Source of the DNA: Chitinophagaceae bacterium
Lineage (GTDB): Bacteria > Bacteroidota > Bacteroidia > Chitinophagales > Chitinophagaceae
Assembly: GCA_947468255.1 (NCBI GenBank)
Contig: CANIMM010000001.1
Span: 1-36,336, forward strand
Direction: 5' to 3'
Length of the DNA stretch: 36,336 bases
The translations under genes were made by a program, and so were the position numbers. This document shows, one piece after another, positions 27,302 through 36,336 of this stretch. The notes under the pieces are model-generated. The model saw only the letters and a program-made list of their open reading frames with translations. It had not been told where the DNA came from and did no database searches. How positions within the stretch are numbered: position 1 is the stretch's first letter; every line of letters starts with the position of its first letter.

Positions 27302-27340
27302 GGTGCTCATTGAAAATAACAAGTAACCTTTAGATAAATT

Positions 27341-29008
27341 ATGGCTTCATATTTTGATAGTTGGAAAATGCTTGCTGGAGTTGCTTTTTTTCTGCTGGCA
27401 ATGAATTTCATGGAAAGTACGTTAGGTATTTTGGGTGGACGGAGATTTAAGCTATTTTTAAAGAAGCATACAACTAGCAAATTGGAAGCTATTGGCGGGG
27501 GCGTAATCGTTACCGGCTTACTTCAAAGTAGTTCTATTGTGAACTTGTTGGTATTAAACATGGTAGGTGCAGGGGTGTTAAAAATGGAAAACGCATTAGC
27601 CTTAATGCTAGGTTCTAATCTAGGAACTACGGTAAACAGTTGGTTACTGGCCACCATTGGCTTTAGTTATTCTTTTGAAGTCTTTGTATTGCCAGTAGTA
27701 GGAATAACAGGAATTGCAATGGCCTTTATTTCAATGGAGAATAAATGGTTTTTAGTGTTTAAATTTTTATTTAGCCTAGCATTTCTATTTGTAGCGCTTG
27801 GGTATATTAAAACAGGTATGGAGGAATTTGTAAAGCAAACCAATTTGTCTGCAATTGCATCCTATCCTTTAATAATTTTCCTTTTGCTAGGCATATTATT
27901 GACAGCAATTGTTCAGTCTAGCTCTGCCGTAATTGCACTTACCTTATCTGCTTTGTATACCAATGCCATTACTTTACTGATCGCAATGGCCATCGTATTG
28001 GGTGGCGAAATTGGGACAACTTTAAAATTGTTTTTGGCAGCTGCAAAAGGTTCTGCAAGCAAAAAAAGAGTAGCGCTTGGGAATTTTCTTTTTAATTTGA
28101 TTACTGTAACAGTCATATTTTTTTTACTTCGGCCGCTTAATTATGTCCTCAGCAAAGCGCTACCGTTAAACGACCATTTGATTGCATTGGTAATATTCCA
28201 AAGTTTAGTAAACCTATTATGTATTATTCTATTTTTACCATTTTTACGAATTTTCGGAAATTTTCTTTTGAAGCGTTTTGAAGAAAAGGAAGAAGGGAGT
28301 TTGTATATTAGTAAAGTGTCAGTAAGCGACATGGACAATGCCTTAGATGCATTGGATCAAGAGACTAAATATTTTATCAACCATGTGATTCAATATAGTC
28401 TGAATTCATTTAATATAAATGAGGGTAAAATATCAAACATAAATGTAAGTAAAAATTTCACTCGTAAATCTGTTTCCCAACAGTATAATTATATCAAACA
28501 GCTACATGGTGAAATGCATGGATTTTATTTAAAATTGCTCAGCGAGGCTTCCGATAAAATTGTTACCGAAAGGCTTGAACAGTTGATTTCGGCTATCCGA
28601 AACAGTATGTATGCAGCTAAAAATATAAGAGATGCCCAACATGACATTGAACAGATGCGCAATTCCTCTAATGACATCAAGTATAATTTTTATATTCAGT
28701 CAAGTGAAAAATTGGAACATTTATACGAAAAAATTAAATTTCTACTCAATAGCAAGGAAGTCGAAAACTGTTTGCAAGACTTGACTTTACTATACCATTC
28801 GATAACTAGTGGCTATACTTCAACCCTAGGGTCGCTTTATAAAGACAGTGTAGCTAACAAGGTCAACGAATTAGAAATTACTACACTAGTGAATTTTAAT
28901 CGTGAATTGTACACTTCCTTCAAATCGATTTTATTTGGTTTGAAGGATTATTTACTTACTGTTAAGGAAGCTGAATTTTTTGATACCCAGCCAGGTTTTA
29001 TCAGGTGA
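27341..29008 (+). CDS. Na/Pi cotransporter family protein with soluble helical (PhoU-like) C-terminus
   Basis: Two QSSS motifs, GSNLGTT and GGEIGTT repeats. Confidence 0.92.
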   Translation: MASYFDSWKMLAGVAFFLLAMNFMESTLGILGGRRFKLFLKKHTTSKLEAIGGGVIVTGLLQSSSIVNLLVLNMVGAGVLKMENALALMLGSNLGTTVNSWLLATIGFSYSFEVFVLPVVGITGIAMAFISMENKWFLVFKFLFSLAFLFVALGYIKTGMEEFVKQTNLSAIASYPLIIFLLLGILLTAIVQSSSAVIALTLSALYTNAITLLIAMAIVLGGEIGTTLKLFLAAAKGSASKKRVALGNFLFNLITVTVIFFLLRPLNYVLSKALPLNDHLIALVIFQSLVNLLCIILFLPFLRIFGNFLLKRFEEKEEGSLYISKVSVSDMDNALDALDQETKYFINHVIQYSLNSFNINEGKISNINVSKNFTRKSVSQQYNYIKQLHGEMHGFYLKLLSEASDKIVTERLEQLISAIRNSMYAAKNIRDAQHDIEQMRNSSNDIKYNFYIQSSEKLEHLYEKIKFLLNSKEVENCLQDLTLLYHSITSGYTSTLGSLYKDSVANKVNELEITTLVNFNRELYTSFKSILFGLKDYLLTVKEAEFFDTQPGFIR

Positions 29009-29131
29009 AAAAAGTGAACCATTTTTTTTTAAATGATCCAGATTAGCCTGTAAGTAAATGTTCAATTACTAGTAAATTTGAATCTGAAGGCATGTTATTC
29101 AAACCATGATTTTTCTTGAAGAGTGTTGACC

Positions 29132-29752
29132 CTACCATCTTAGTAGGAAAACAAAGTAAATTGCTATAGCAAAACCTGCTATCAGTGTAAGGTATCCCCA
29201 GGAGTAATCCTTTCGAATTTTATACCACATCATCCAACTGCTAAAAGATAAAAAAATAAGCCCTATCGCAATTGCATCCATAGAAAATCGCCATACGCGG
29301 GTAAGTAGCCAATTAGGTTGTAAACTAGGATTATTTCTATTGGCGCCATTGAAGGTGTGAAGGTTTCTTAGTTTTCCCCAAATGTTATAAGAGAACTCGT
29401 TTTGAATATATATTGACTTTTTAAAATCAGCATGGATATTGTTCACATGACCTGGATATGAAATGCTAAAATCAATACTATCAGCAGTCAATTTTACATT
29501 ATTTACCTCGCCTGAAATTTTTAATTGAAGCAGCATATTTTTAATTATTTGAATGCTATCTAAACCCGGCGGAATATTGATTGGTGTTACCTTTATATTT
29601 TGCTTTCTCTCTTCCCAAAAACTAGCAAACTTCCAATCGCTATGGTTTAACAATAACCCTGATACAGAAAACAGCCATATAAACAATACCAAAAATAAAC
29701 CAATATGGATATGAAGGCGACGATTTGTATAGGTGATTTTTTTAATTAGCAT
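29132..29752 (-). CDS. PepSY-associated TM helix protein
   Basis: RRLHIHIGLF...SVSGLLLNH, second LH motif; start moved to ATG 29752. Confidence 0.8.
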   Translation of the reverse strand: MLIKKITYTNRRLHIHIGLFLVLFIWLFSVSGLLLNHSDWKFASFWEERKQNIKVTPINIPPGLDSIQIIKNMLLQLKISGEVNNVKLTADSIDFSISYPGHVNNIHADFKKSIYIQNEFSYNIWGKLRNLHTFNGANRNNPSLQPNWLLTRVWRFSMDAIAIGLIFLSFSSWMMWYKIRKDYSWGYLTLIAGFAIAIYFVFLLRW

Positions 29753-29760
29753 TTTGAATT

Positions 29761-30369
29761 TTATCTCAGTAAAAATAATAAAAGTCCTGTAAAACTGATG
29801 GCTCCCAATATAATGACTATCCATCCTAACTTCCTTTCTGCTTTAAGGAAATACCATAAAAAAACACCGCTGGCAGAAAGGAATAATAGCAAGTAAACCA
29901 CCATATCTGCTATCATTCTCCAGTTCTGCATGAATAAAGAATTACCTCGGATTTTTACATTATGAGGACCAGGCATCTTATGAAGAAAATTGGTCGCTCT
30001 TAAGGAACCTTCTTCAATTCTAGTTATTAAGACTTCATTTGTTTGTTTATTTATTTTAATTTTTGTAGTTAACCCTGGTAATATTACAGGAAAAGAAATT
30101 TGACTGTCATTTTGCGAAACATAATCTATCTCCCCTTTTATTCGAAGTTTTTTAATAATCCCTTTGGCAGTTTGCAAATCAGTGGTATCATAAGGGATTT
30201 TATCAATGCTAGTTTTGATATCGGGTAACTTTTTAATCGGATTAGTTCTATTAATGTAGTCCGTATGATTTAATACCAGCGCACTTATACTAAAAATAAG
30301 CACGATAGGACTAATGAATAATCCAACATACAAGTGAATGGTACGAACAGATGGATAGTATTTTTTCAT
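29761..30369 (-). CDS. PepSY-associated TM helix protein (paralog)
   Basis: RTIHLYVGLF...LVLNH, NFLH, SGVFLW. Confidence 0.8.
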   Translation of the reverse strand: MKKYYPSVRTIHLYVGLFISPIVLIFSISALVLNHTDYINRTNPIKKLPDIKTSIDKIPYDTTDLQTAKGIIKKLRIKGEIDYVSQNDSQISFPVILPGLTTKIKINKQTNEVLITRIEEGSLRATNFLHKMPGPHNVKIRGNSLFMQNWRMIADMVVYLLLFLSASGVFLWYFLKAERKLGWIVIILGAISFTGLLLFLLR

Positions 30370-30405
30370 TCAATAAATTGAGTTCGTATATTTTAAATTT
30401 TCACT

Positions 30406-31896
30406 TTAATTAATTGCCTCGGCCTCCTTTTGTGATGTAGCCTTTATAGCAATATCAACATAACTGTGCATTTGGCCTATCTCATCTAAATATTGATTGG
30501 TTGAAAATTCTTTTCCGTCAACTTTAATATGTCTAAAATTCCCTTGAAACATGGCACGCCAGGTAATTTTTTTAGTTGATTTATTGGCAAATGCCGTTTT
30601 GACTGCAGACTGATGTGATACTGAAATCAATCCGCTGAAAATTGGGATATTTTCAATCGATATCCAAGTAGTTTTGGGAGTAAGTCGAGCGCAAGTAGTG
30701 ACGATACCTTCTGCAGCCGATGGCTGAACACCCATTAGTCCGTGAACAATTCCTTCAATACATCCACTTGATGCTTCAGGATATTGACGACGCTTATTAG
30801 CATAAATCTTTTGTAAGAACCGGTAGCCATTTTCATTGTTTCCAAATCGGTAGAATAACTGTGGTAGATAGGACATTCCCTCAATTTCATAATAATCCCA
30901 AATATTGTTATTACTTAAGGTTTGGATAATCTTTTTAGGATCTTGAATTACCCCATACCATAGCATATAAAGATTGGAACCTCCTCCATGAAATTTGCCA
31001 TCGGAAAGAAAATAATTGAAGTAAGAATTTGTTTTTTGATTCCACCAAAGGGAATCAATCAGTTGTCGATAAGCTAGGGCTTTCTTTTGGTATTGTTTGC
31101 TTTTAGCCAACTCCCCTCTTAGTGCCAATATTTTTGAATAGGTTGAAAATCCATTATAAATCATTGCAATCAAGTCGCTTGTAATAACTAACCCTTCTAC
31201 GCCTTCATCATAAGAAGGTAATCCTCTAGCGTTAACTTTCCACCTTTTTTTTTCTTTTATAAATTTTTCTGAGGCATTCATTACAGAAGGTCGTTGCATG
31301 ATTTTATCAGATTGCAGCTGCCAGCGATCAATATATTGGTTGAGTGAAATCTTGAAAAAATTATCAAATAATGGATCGTTGATATAGGCCTTATTGCCGG
31401 TCCATAAATAAAGTTTGTAACTAGCATCGATGATATCAAAATTTGCATTGAGGTTATACCAAAAGTCTTTATCGGAAGTGTAATCAATTGGTGCCGGTTT
31501 ATTGTACCGATTGATTTCCCAATAAGTACACCAATCTTTAGGCTCTGATATGTTTTCAACAAACTTGTAATACATATTCAAGTTCTGCTTACTATGAGAA
31601 ATAATTTCAGCACCTATACATTGGTGAGATACATCCCGAATACAAAAAGCTTCCCTGCCCGATAAGGCCGACTCGTACCAGGGGCCAACTGGATCGCTGT
31701 CTTTACCGAGATATCCATTGGAAGTAGCATGTGCCCAGTTAAATATTGATACCAAGCTTGTATCAGATGAGCTGACCTTGATGGTATCATTCTCCGTGCT
31801 TAGTAGACTTAATGCTTTATTATTAGCAGGTTTACTAAAAGAGAAGCAACCAAGTAAAATGATAAATAATAGGAATTGGGATGCGTATAATTTCAT
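30406..31896 (-). CDS. Exported putative glycoside hydrolase, (alpha/alpha)6-like; family unassigned
   Basis: Signal/lipobox-like LLGC; REAFCIRDVSHQ, YLWTGNKAY, LPSYDE, YPEAS; neighbours a GH and LacI. Confidence 0.55.
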   Translation of the reverse strand: MKLYASQFLLFIILLGCFSFSKPANNKALSLLSTENDTIKVSSSDTSLVSIFNWAHATSNGYLGKDSDPVGPWYESALSGREAFCIRDVSHQCIGAEIISHSKQNLNMYYKFVENISEPKDWCTYWEINRYNKPAPIDYTSDKDFWYNLNANFDIIDASYKLYLWTGNKAYINDPLFDNFFKISLNQYIDRWQLQSDKIMQRPSVMNASEKFIKEKKRWKVNARGLPSYDEGVEGLVITSDLIAMIYNGFSTYSKILALRGELAKSKQYQKKALAYRQLIDSLWWNQKTNSYFNYFLSDGKFHGGGSNLYMLWYGVIQDPKKIIQTLSNNNIWDYYEIEGMSYLPQLFYRFGNNENGYRFLQKIYANKRRQYPEASSGCIEGIVHGLMGVQPSAAEGIVTTCARLTPKTTWISIENIPIFSGLISVSHQSAVKTAFANKSTKKITWRAMFQGNFRHIKVDGKEFSTNQYLDEIGQMHSYVDIAIKATSQKEAEAIN

Positions 31897-31944
31897 CTTT
31901 ATTTTTTTGTGCTACAAATTACTAAAAATGTTTTTTTGATTCAA

Positions 31945-34128
31945 TTATTTTATTTCTACTATTTGGTGTATTGGCAATTTTGGAATAATCATTTCAGTTC
32001 TACCCTTAAAATATTTGAATTTCAAAACCATTGCTCCTGGTTGAAGTAGAACCGAAACTGGTTTTGTTTTGGTTAACACCGACATTTTCAAATTGTATAA
32101 TGGTAGAATTTCATCCAACCCTTTCACATTTTCATTGGCATGATTGCCAGAAGTATTGATTAATTGAATTAGTATTTTTTTATCCTTAGTGGTTGGTACA
32201 ATATTTACTAGGTGAGATCCTTCAATTTTAACGAAAGGGGCAGGGAGTAGTTGGCCAACAATATTCGACAATAAATCTCTAATCACCGTCGAGGTGTTAT
32301 CTAGATAGGATTCGCCTAGTGAAACATAAATGCCTGCGATTTTCCCTTTCCCATAATCACGGATGGTGGCCGACACATCCATGGGGTCGACTAAATCATC
32401 CAACGGATATAACTGGTTTAATATAGTTGTACCAGGTAAAGCAGCTACTGATCTGGTAGCTGCATCTAATTCTATAAACCGATCAGCTACATTTAAGTAA
32501 CTCCTTCTGGTAGTAGTAGCTTTTAATTCTTTTACCCCCAGCAGGTCATCAAACCTTGCAGTGGCAGTTGCTCCTACAATGAGCAGTTTCCCTCCTTCAC
32601 GAACATATTTACGAAAAGCTGTTTCCAATTCGGGTTCAATCACCTGCCATTCAGGAATCACCACTACGGGGAATTCATTTAATCTTCTAAGCATTTGGTG
32701 CGTCATGATTACCTCTACGGCATGCTGTCCATCCAATAAGGAGTTCAGAATTCCTTGCATCTTCCCCATCTTTGCAGATTGGTAAATGATATCGACAGTT
32801 TCTTTCCATCCTGCAGTAGAATAAAGCAATGCAATTTGAGGAATGACATTTATCCCTTTGCAGAAATCCCTTCGGGGCAGGATGAAATCTGCTAATTCTT
32901 TAATAACCCGAAAGTCTTTTCGTTTAAATGAAACGTCCTCCTTCTGATTAAAATAAGTTTGAACCCCACCTCCCATACTTATGATGGGAGCTAACTCCTG
33001 GCATAGTTGAAGCGAAGTCTTGGGAGCCCTCATCCAAGTCTTGAAATTCATTGTAAAGCTCCAAGCCATTAGATCAAAGGGGATTCCCTGACCAGCCAAT
33101 GTTCTTGCATGCCAATTTGCCTGGTTTACAGAGTTATTAGCTTCATTATCGCCTGAATAAAAATTTAAACCTATATCTTCTGGTATGGGTTCGGGCATCA
33201 TGCCACTAAATGCCCAGTTGGAACAAAGCTGAAAATCAGGTGCAGCCTGATGTACTTCTTTTGTGTAGTGAGTGATATATTTCAGAAAAGATTTCCTATT
33301 AAATTCTAAGAACTCCTTATAGTATTTATCGATAGGCTTTCGGGGCACTGAATCTATACCGGTTGTTTTTTTAAATTCTGCCAATGCAGCCGGATGGTAA
33401 TCTGGTTGAAGCGCCCATGCTTCCCCATCGATCCAGGCTCCATCAATTTTATATTTCAGGGCAAGCTCTTTAAGTTGAGGAATTAGCAATTTGTCGGAAT
33501 AATCTCCCCAAAAACTGGTCTTGTTAGGATCGGGCGTTCCGTTGGGTTGAACGCGTGCTTGATCGGGGTGTAATCGCACATAATTTGCATCCCAAACACC
33601 CGAATAATGGACATATAAACTTACCCGTTGTTTTGCTGTTATTTTTCGTATCAGCGCCAAAGGGTCTTTATCGAAGCTTAGGGCCTGCTGCCCCACTTCA
33701 GTTGGGTAGGAAGAGACGCCGGGATGCCCTTTGCAATCAACTTGGATATAATCGGGACGACCGTACAGTAATAAGCTATCGACCATTCCTTCAGTTAATG
33801 TGGCACCAACATGACCACTAGTGATACTTAGGTGATGGTCGAAATGTAGTCCCCAATAGGAATCCTTGCGAGAAATCTTGGTTTTATGCAGCGGCAAGTC
33901 TTTGATAAATCTGTCCGCATTCCTCATGCCTAAAACATGGCTATTTGCTTTGTCTTTTTCAATAAGATGATCTCCCGGGGAGCTTTTCTGGATTATATTT
34001 TCAGTGATTTTATTAACCCGTTGACTATTGGCAGTACTAACTAACAAAAAAAAGGAGGCGCTGGTAATAAAAATAAATCTACAAACCAATCCAATTGATC
34101 TAGATTTAAAATTAAATTTCATTTTCAT
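31945..34128 (-). CDS. Putative alpha-L-fucosidase-like glycoside hydrolase (GH151/GHL6-like TIM barrel plus GH42-type trimerisation domain)
   Basis: GLHFDHH, QVDCKGHPGVSSYPT, IDGAWIDGE, C-terminal YVREGGKLL; start probably ATG 34128 or 34122 rather than TTG 34155. Confidence 0.65.
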   Translation of the reverse strand: MKMKFNFKSRSIGLVCRFIFITSASFFLLVSTANSQRVNKITENIIQKSSPGDHLIEKDKANSHVLGMRNADRFIKDLPLHKTKISRKDSYWGLHFDHHLSITSGHVGATLTEGMVDSLLLYGRPDYIQVDCKGHPGVSSYPTEVGQQALSFDKDPLALIRKITAKQRVSLYVHYSGVWDANYVRLHPDQARVQPNGTPDPNKTSFWGDYSDKLLIPQLKELALKYKIDGAWIDGEAWALQPDYHPAALAEFKKTTGIDSVPRKPIDKYYKEFLEFNRKSFLKYITHYTKEVHQAAPDFQLCSNWAFSGMMPEPIPEDIGLNFYSGDNEANNSVNQANWHARTLAGQGIPFDLMAWSFTMNFKTWMRAPKTSLQLCQELAPIISMGGGVQTYFNQKEDVSFKRKDFRVIKELADFILPRRDFCKGINVIPQIALLYSTAGWKETVDIIYQSAKMGKMQGILNSLLDGQHAVEVIMTHQMLRRLNEFPVVVIPEWQVIEPELETAFRKYVREGGKLLIVGATATARFDDLLGVKELKATTTRRSYLNVADRFIELDAATRSVAALPGTTILNQLYPLDDLVDPMDVSATIRDYGKGKIAGIYVSLGESYLDNTSTVIRDLLSNIVGQLLPAPFVKIEGSHLVNIVPTTKDKKILIQLINTSGNHANENVKGLDEILPLYNLKMSVLTKTKPVSVLLQPGAMVLKFKYFKGRTEMIIPKLPIHQIVEIK

Positions 34129-34285
34129 AAGATGATGATTAAGGGATACAATCAAAGAGGAGAAGCAATCTCGTTAGGCAAATATATCCTAAATGTAGTA
34201 TTGAAATAAAAAGGGGAGGGATAATATATCTTGTAGCCGATGCGTTAAAAATGGAATTTTACTATGGTCCCTTTCAGATCATAAT

Positions 34286-35320
34286 TTACAAAGCCAGATT
34301 GATTGCGGTGGATTCTCTTATTTTTAATAAAGGCTCCAAAACAATATCCTGTATTTTCTTACTAGTTTCCGTTTTGCTTGAATTAATCATATTAATCAAA
34401 AGCCTAGCCGCGGTTTTACCCATTTCCACCGTTTGCTGATCTACGGAAGAAAGTGAAGGGCTAATATGTTCCCCAAAAGTTTCGTTGGCAAAACCTATTA
34501 CACCAAAATCATTCGGCATATTTACTTTCCTATCTTTTAATCCTTTGATTATACCTAATGCCGAGAAATCTTCTGCAGCAAAAACGGCATCGGGGATTTC
34601 TTTTAACCCAAAAAAATATTCCACCGATGCTATACCGCATTGAATAGATAAATCGCCCGAATAAATAAGCTCGTTATCGATGGATATTTCATTTGCTCTC
34701 AAAGCAGCTAGATATCCTCGTAAACGATTATTAAAATTTGATAACTGCTGGGGCCCACTTACATGGGCAATTCTTTTATACCCTACATTAATTAGATGTT
34801 GGGTTGCATTAAAAGCCCCCTTATAATCATCAATTACTACAGTAGGTACATTGAAATCAGCAAAGGTTCTATCAAATAAAACCAATGGAATGGCTTTTGC
34901 AGATAGATCCTTGAAATGGCTGTAATTAGTAGTTTCTTTTGCAATGGATGCTAATATCCCATCTACCTTCGCTTCTAGAAAAACCTCAATCCCCTTTTTT
35001 TCAAGCGAGGTACTCTCTTCGGTCTGGTACAATAATATATTCAAGCCTAAACTACTGGATATCATTTCAATACCACGAACTACCGATCCGAAAAAATTCA
35101 TCTGGGCACTTGGAATCATTACTCCGATGGTATGGGATTTACCAGAGCGCAGAGAGGAAGCAATTGCATTTCGTTGATAATTGAGTTCTTTAGCTTTTTC
35201 CTTTACCAATCGAATGGTTTCTGAACTGATGCGAGGATTATCATTCAATGCTCTTGAAACAGTGCCAGAAGTAATTTTTAACTCCCTGGCAATATCATGG
35301 ATCGTAATACTTTTTAGCAT
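34286..35320 (-). CDS. LacI family transcriptional regulator
   Basis: ITIHDIARELKITSGTVSRAL HTH plus periplasmic-binding-type effector domain. Confidence 0.96.
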   Translation of the reverse strand: MLKSITIHDIARELKITSGTVSRALNDNPRISSETIRLVKEKAKELNYQRNAIASSLRSGKSHTIGVMIPSAQMNFFGSVVRGIEMISSSLGLNILLYQTEESTSLEKKGIEVFLEAKVDGILASIAKETTNYSHFKDLSAKAIPLVLFDRTFADFNVPTVVIDDYKGAFNATQHLINVGYKRIAHVSGPQQLSNFNNRLRGYLAALRANEISIDNELIYSGDLSIQCGIASVEYFFGLKEIPDAVFAAEDFSALGIIKGLKDRKVNMPNDFGVIGFANETFGEHISPSLSSVDQQTVEMGKTAARLLINMINSSKTETSKKIQDIVLEPLLKIRESTAINLAL

Positions 35321-35565
35321 ATTTGGATTTTAAAAATCTCTTTGCGCTAGTTTCAGATTTAGTAATTCGTTTAACTAAAAGTAAATAATATATAAATTTT
35401 GTAAAACAAATATATCGGAAATATTAAATTTAACCTAGAAAATAGCCAATTATATATTCCAACCAACATTATAAGTGATAATTGGGCTATGGAAATGAGA
35501 TTTCCCTGATATTTTATGACTATCAGTATATTGTTATAAACGCTCTTATTTAAACGTTTTATAGT

Positions 35566-36024
35566 CTATAAAATGATTTCTGTCCCTACCAGACTTTGTT
35601 TTACGAATTTCTTTAATGCTGCTGGCAGAACATCCATAATATCCTGCATTTCATCATCCGATATAAAATATTTCAAGGCCTTAAAAACTGCAGCAACTGC
35701 CGTTTTAGTATTGGGAAGATCTCCAAAATCAAATTCTGCCAATCTACCATCTTCCTTCCTTACTTCTTCTAGAAAATCAGCAATATGGTTAATCCGATTA
35801 AAATCCTTATTAAATTTCCACCCATCTACATAAACTCCCTTGAGCGACATAGGTAATTGCGCCAGCAACTGAAATGATTCTTCATGAGTTAATCGATTTC
35901 GAAGTGAATGAAAAACGGCACGGATAATTCTTGCTGCTTTATCTTTTGGTATTGAAAGCTCATCGGTTATCAGGTGAACAACTTCATTTCCCATCAATGC
36001 ATATTTTTCAAAATCAATTGACAT
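35566..36024 (-). CDS. DUF2267 domain protein
   Basis: RAVFHSLRNRL-x3-E-x2-QLLAQLP-x2-LKGVYVDGW. Confidence 0.88.
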   Translation of the reverse strand: MSIDFEKYALMGNEVVHLITDELSIPKDKAARIIRAVFHSLRNRLTHEESFQLLAQLPMSLKGVYVDGWKFNKDFNRINHIADFLEEVRKEDGRLAEFDFGDLPNTKTAVAAVFKALKYFISDDEMQDIMDVLPAALKKFVKQSLVGTEIIL

Positions 36025-36091
36025 AAATTATTTTTTTAGATCAAGAATTCAAAAGAATGGCATCTAATACTTCAACAGGGTAAGTGGTATA

Positions 36092-36336
36092 TTACCTCGC
36101 ATCAGATTTAACCTTGGAGAATAAATTTACTCCAAAAGCAAAGACAGTATTTAATAAATTAGGTTCATCGGCTTTGATGAATGGTATATTTTTCACTCCA
36201 TCGATTATAGCCTCACTGAGCAAATGTTCTGGTCGAAACATTTGTTTTAATTCTTTCCAGTTAACTTGTATTTCATCTGCCAAGCCATCTCGATATTTTT
36301 TAAGCTGCTGTTTTTTTATTTCCAGCTGTTGAATAG
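36092..36336 (-). CDS. Hypothetical protein, 5' end outside the window
   Basis: Frame is open to the window edge (IQQLEIKKQQLKKYRDGLADEIQVNWKELK...), so the TTG start in the track is internal. Confidence 0.6.
   Translation of the reverse strand, partial: IQQLEIKKQQLKKYRDGLADEIQVNWKELKQMFRPEHLLSEAIIDGVKNIPFIKADEPNLLNTVFAFGVNLFSKVKSDAR

Noticed and set aside
35496-35525. Possible 14th box pair (TTA-TGACTA-TCA at 35514)
   Set aside because: No partner at plus or minus 22 bp, no exact core, and no gene start at the expected distance
1303-36332. Numerous short antisense or alternate-frame ORFs in the track (e.g. 9764-10336, 11523-11759, 19730-19984, 22790-23149, 35573-35833)
   Set aside because: They overlap well-supported genes and carry no motifs; shadow ORFs
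1-36336. CRISPR array, IS, prophage, integrase or anti-phage defence system
   Set aside because: No direct-repeat/spacer array, terminal repeats, recombinase or defence domains recognised by eye

Overview
AT-rich Bacteroidota (Chitinophagaceae-like by protein style; inferred) chromosomal window, with no rRNA, tRNA, CRISPR, integrase or transposase recognised. Bases 1-29,000 and 35,560-36,336 form a stress/dormancy gene island: Hsp20, DUF302, a heavy-metal-binding protein, a P2A ATPase, a short GlgP, FtsH, an HtrA protease, a baeRF3/Balon-like factor, a nitroreductase, HPF, an SDR, a 3xBON protein, a phosphoribosyltransferase, a DLH hydrolase, DUF892, an Ere-like hydrolase, PEBP, AI-2E and Na/Pi transporters and DUF2267. 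A LacI-glycoside hydrolase-PepSY block (29.1-35.3 kb) interrupts it. The strongest unexplained signal is in the intergenic DNA: 13 pairs of TGA-N6-TCA-like palindromes, each pair exactly 22 bp apart. In most cases a Bacteroidota -7-like octamer (TAnnTTTG/A) follows 23 bp later. This points to one Crp/Fnr-like (or DosR-like) regulon whose gene content parallels the mycobacterial DosR dormancy regulon. Two of these promoters drive short structured, terminator-ended transcripts with no sizeable ORF, which are candidate sRNAs (13,695-13,907 minus; about 10,845-10,962 plus). All motif and structure calls were made by eye and no database searches were run.
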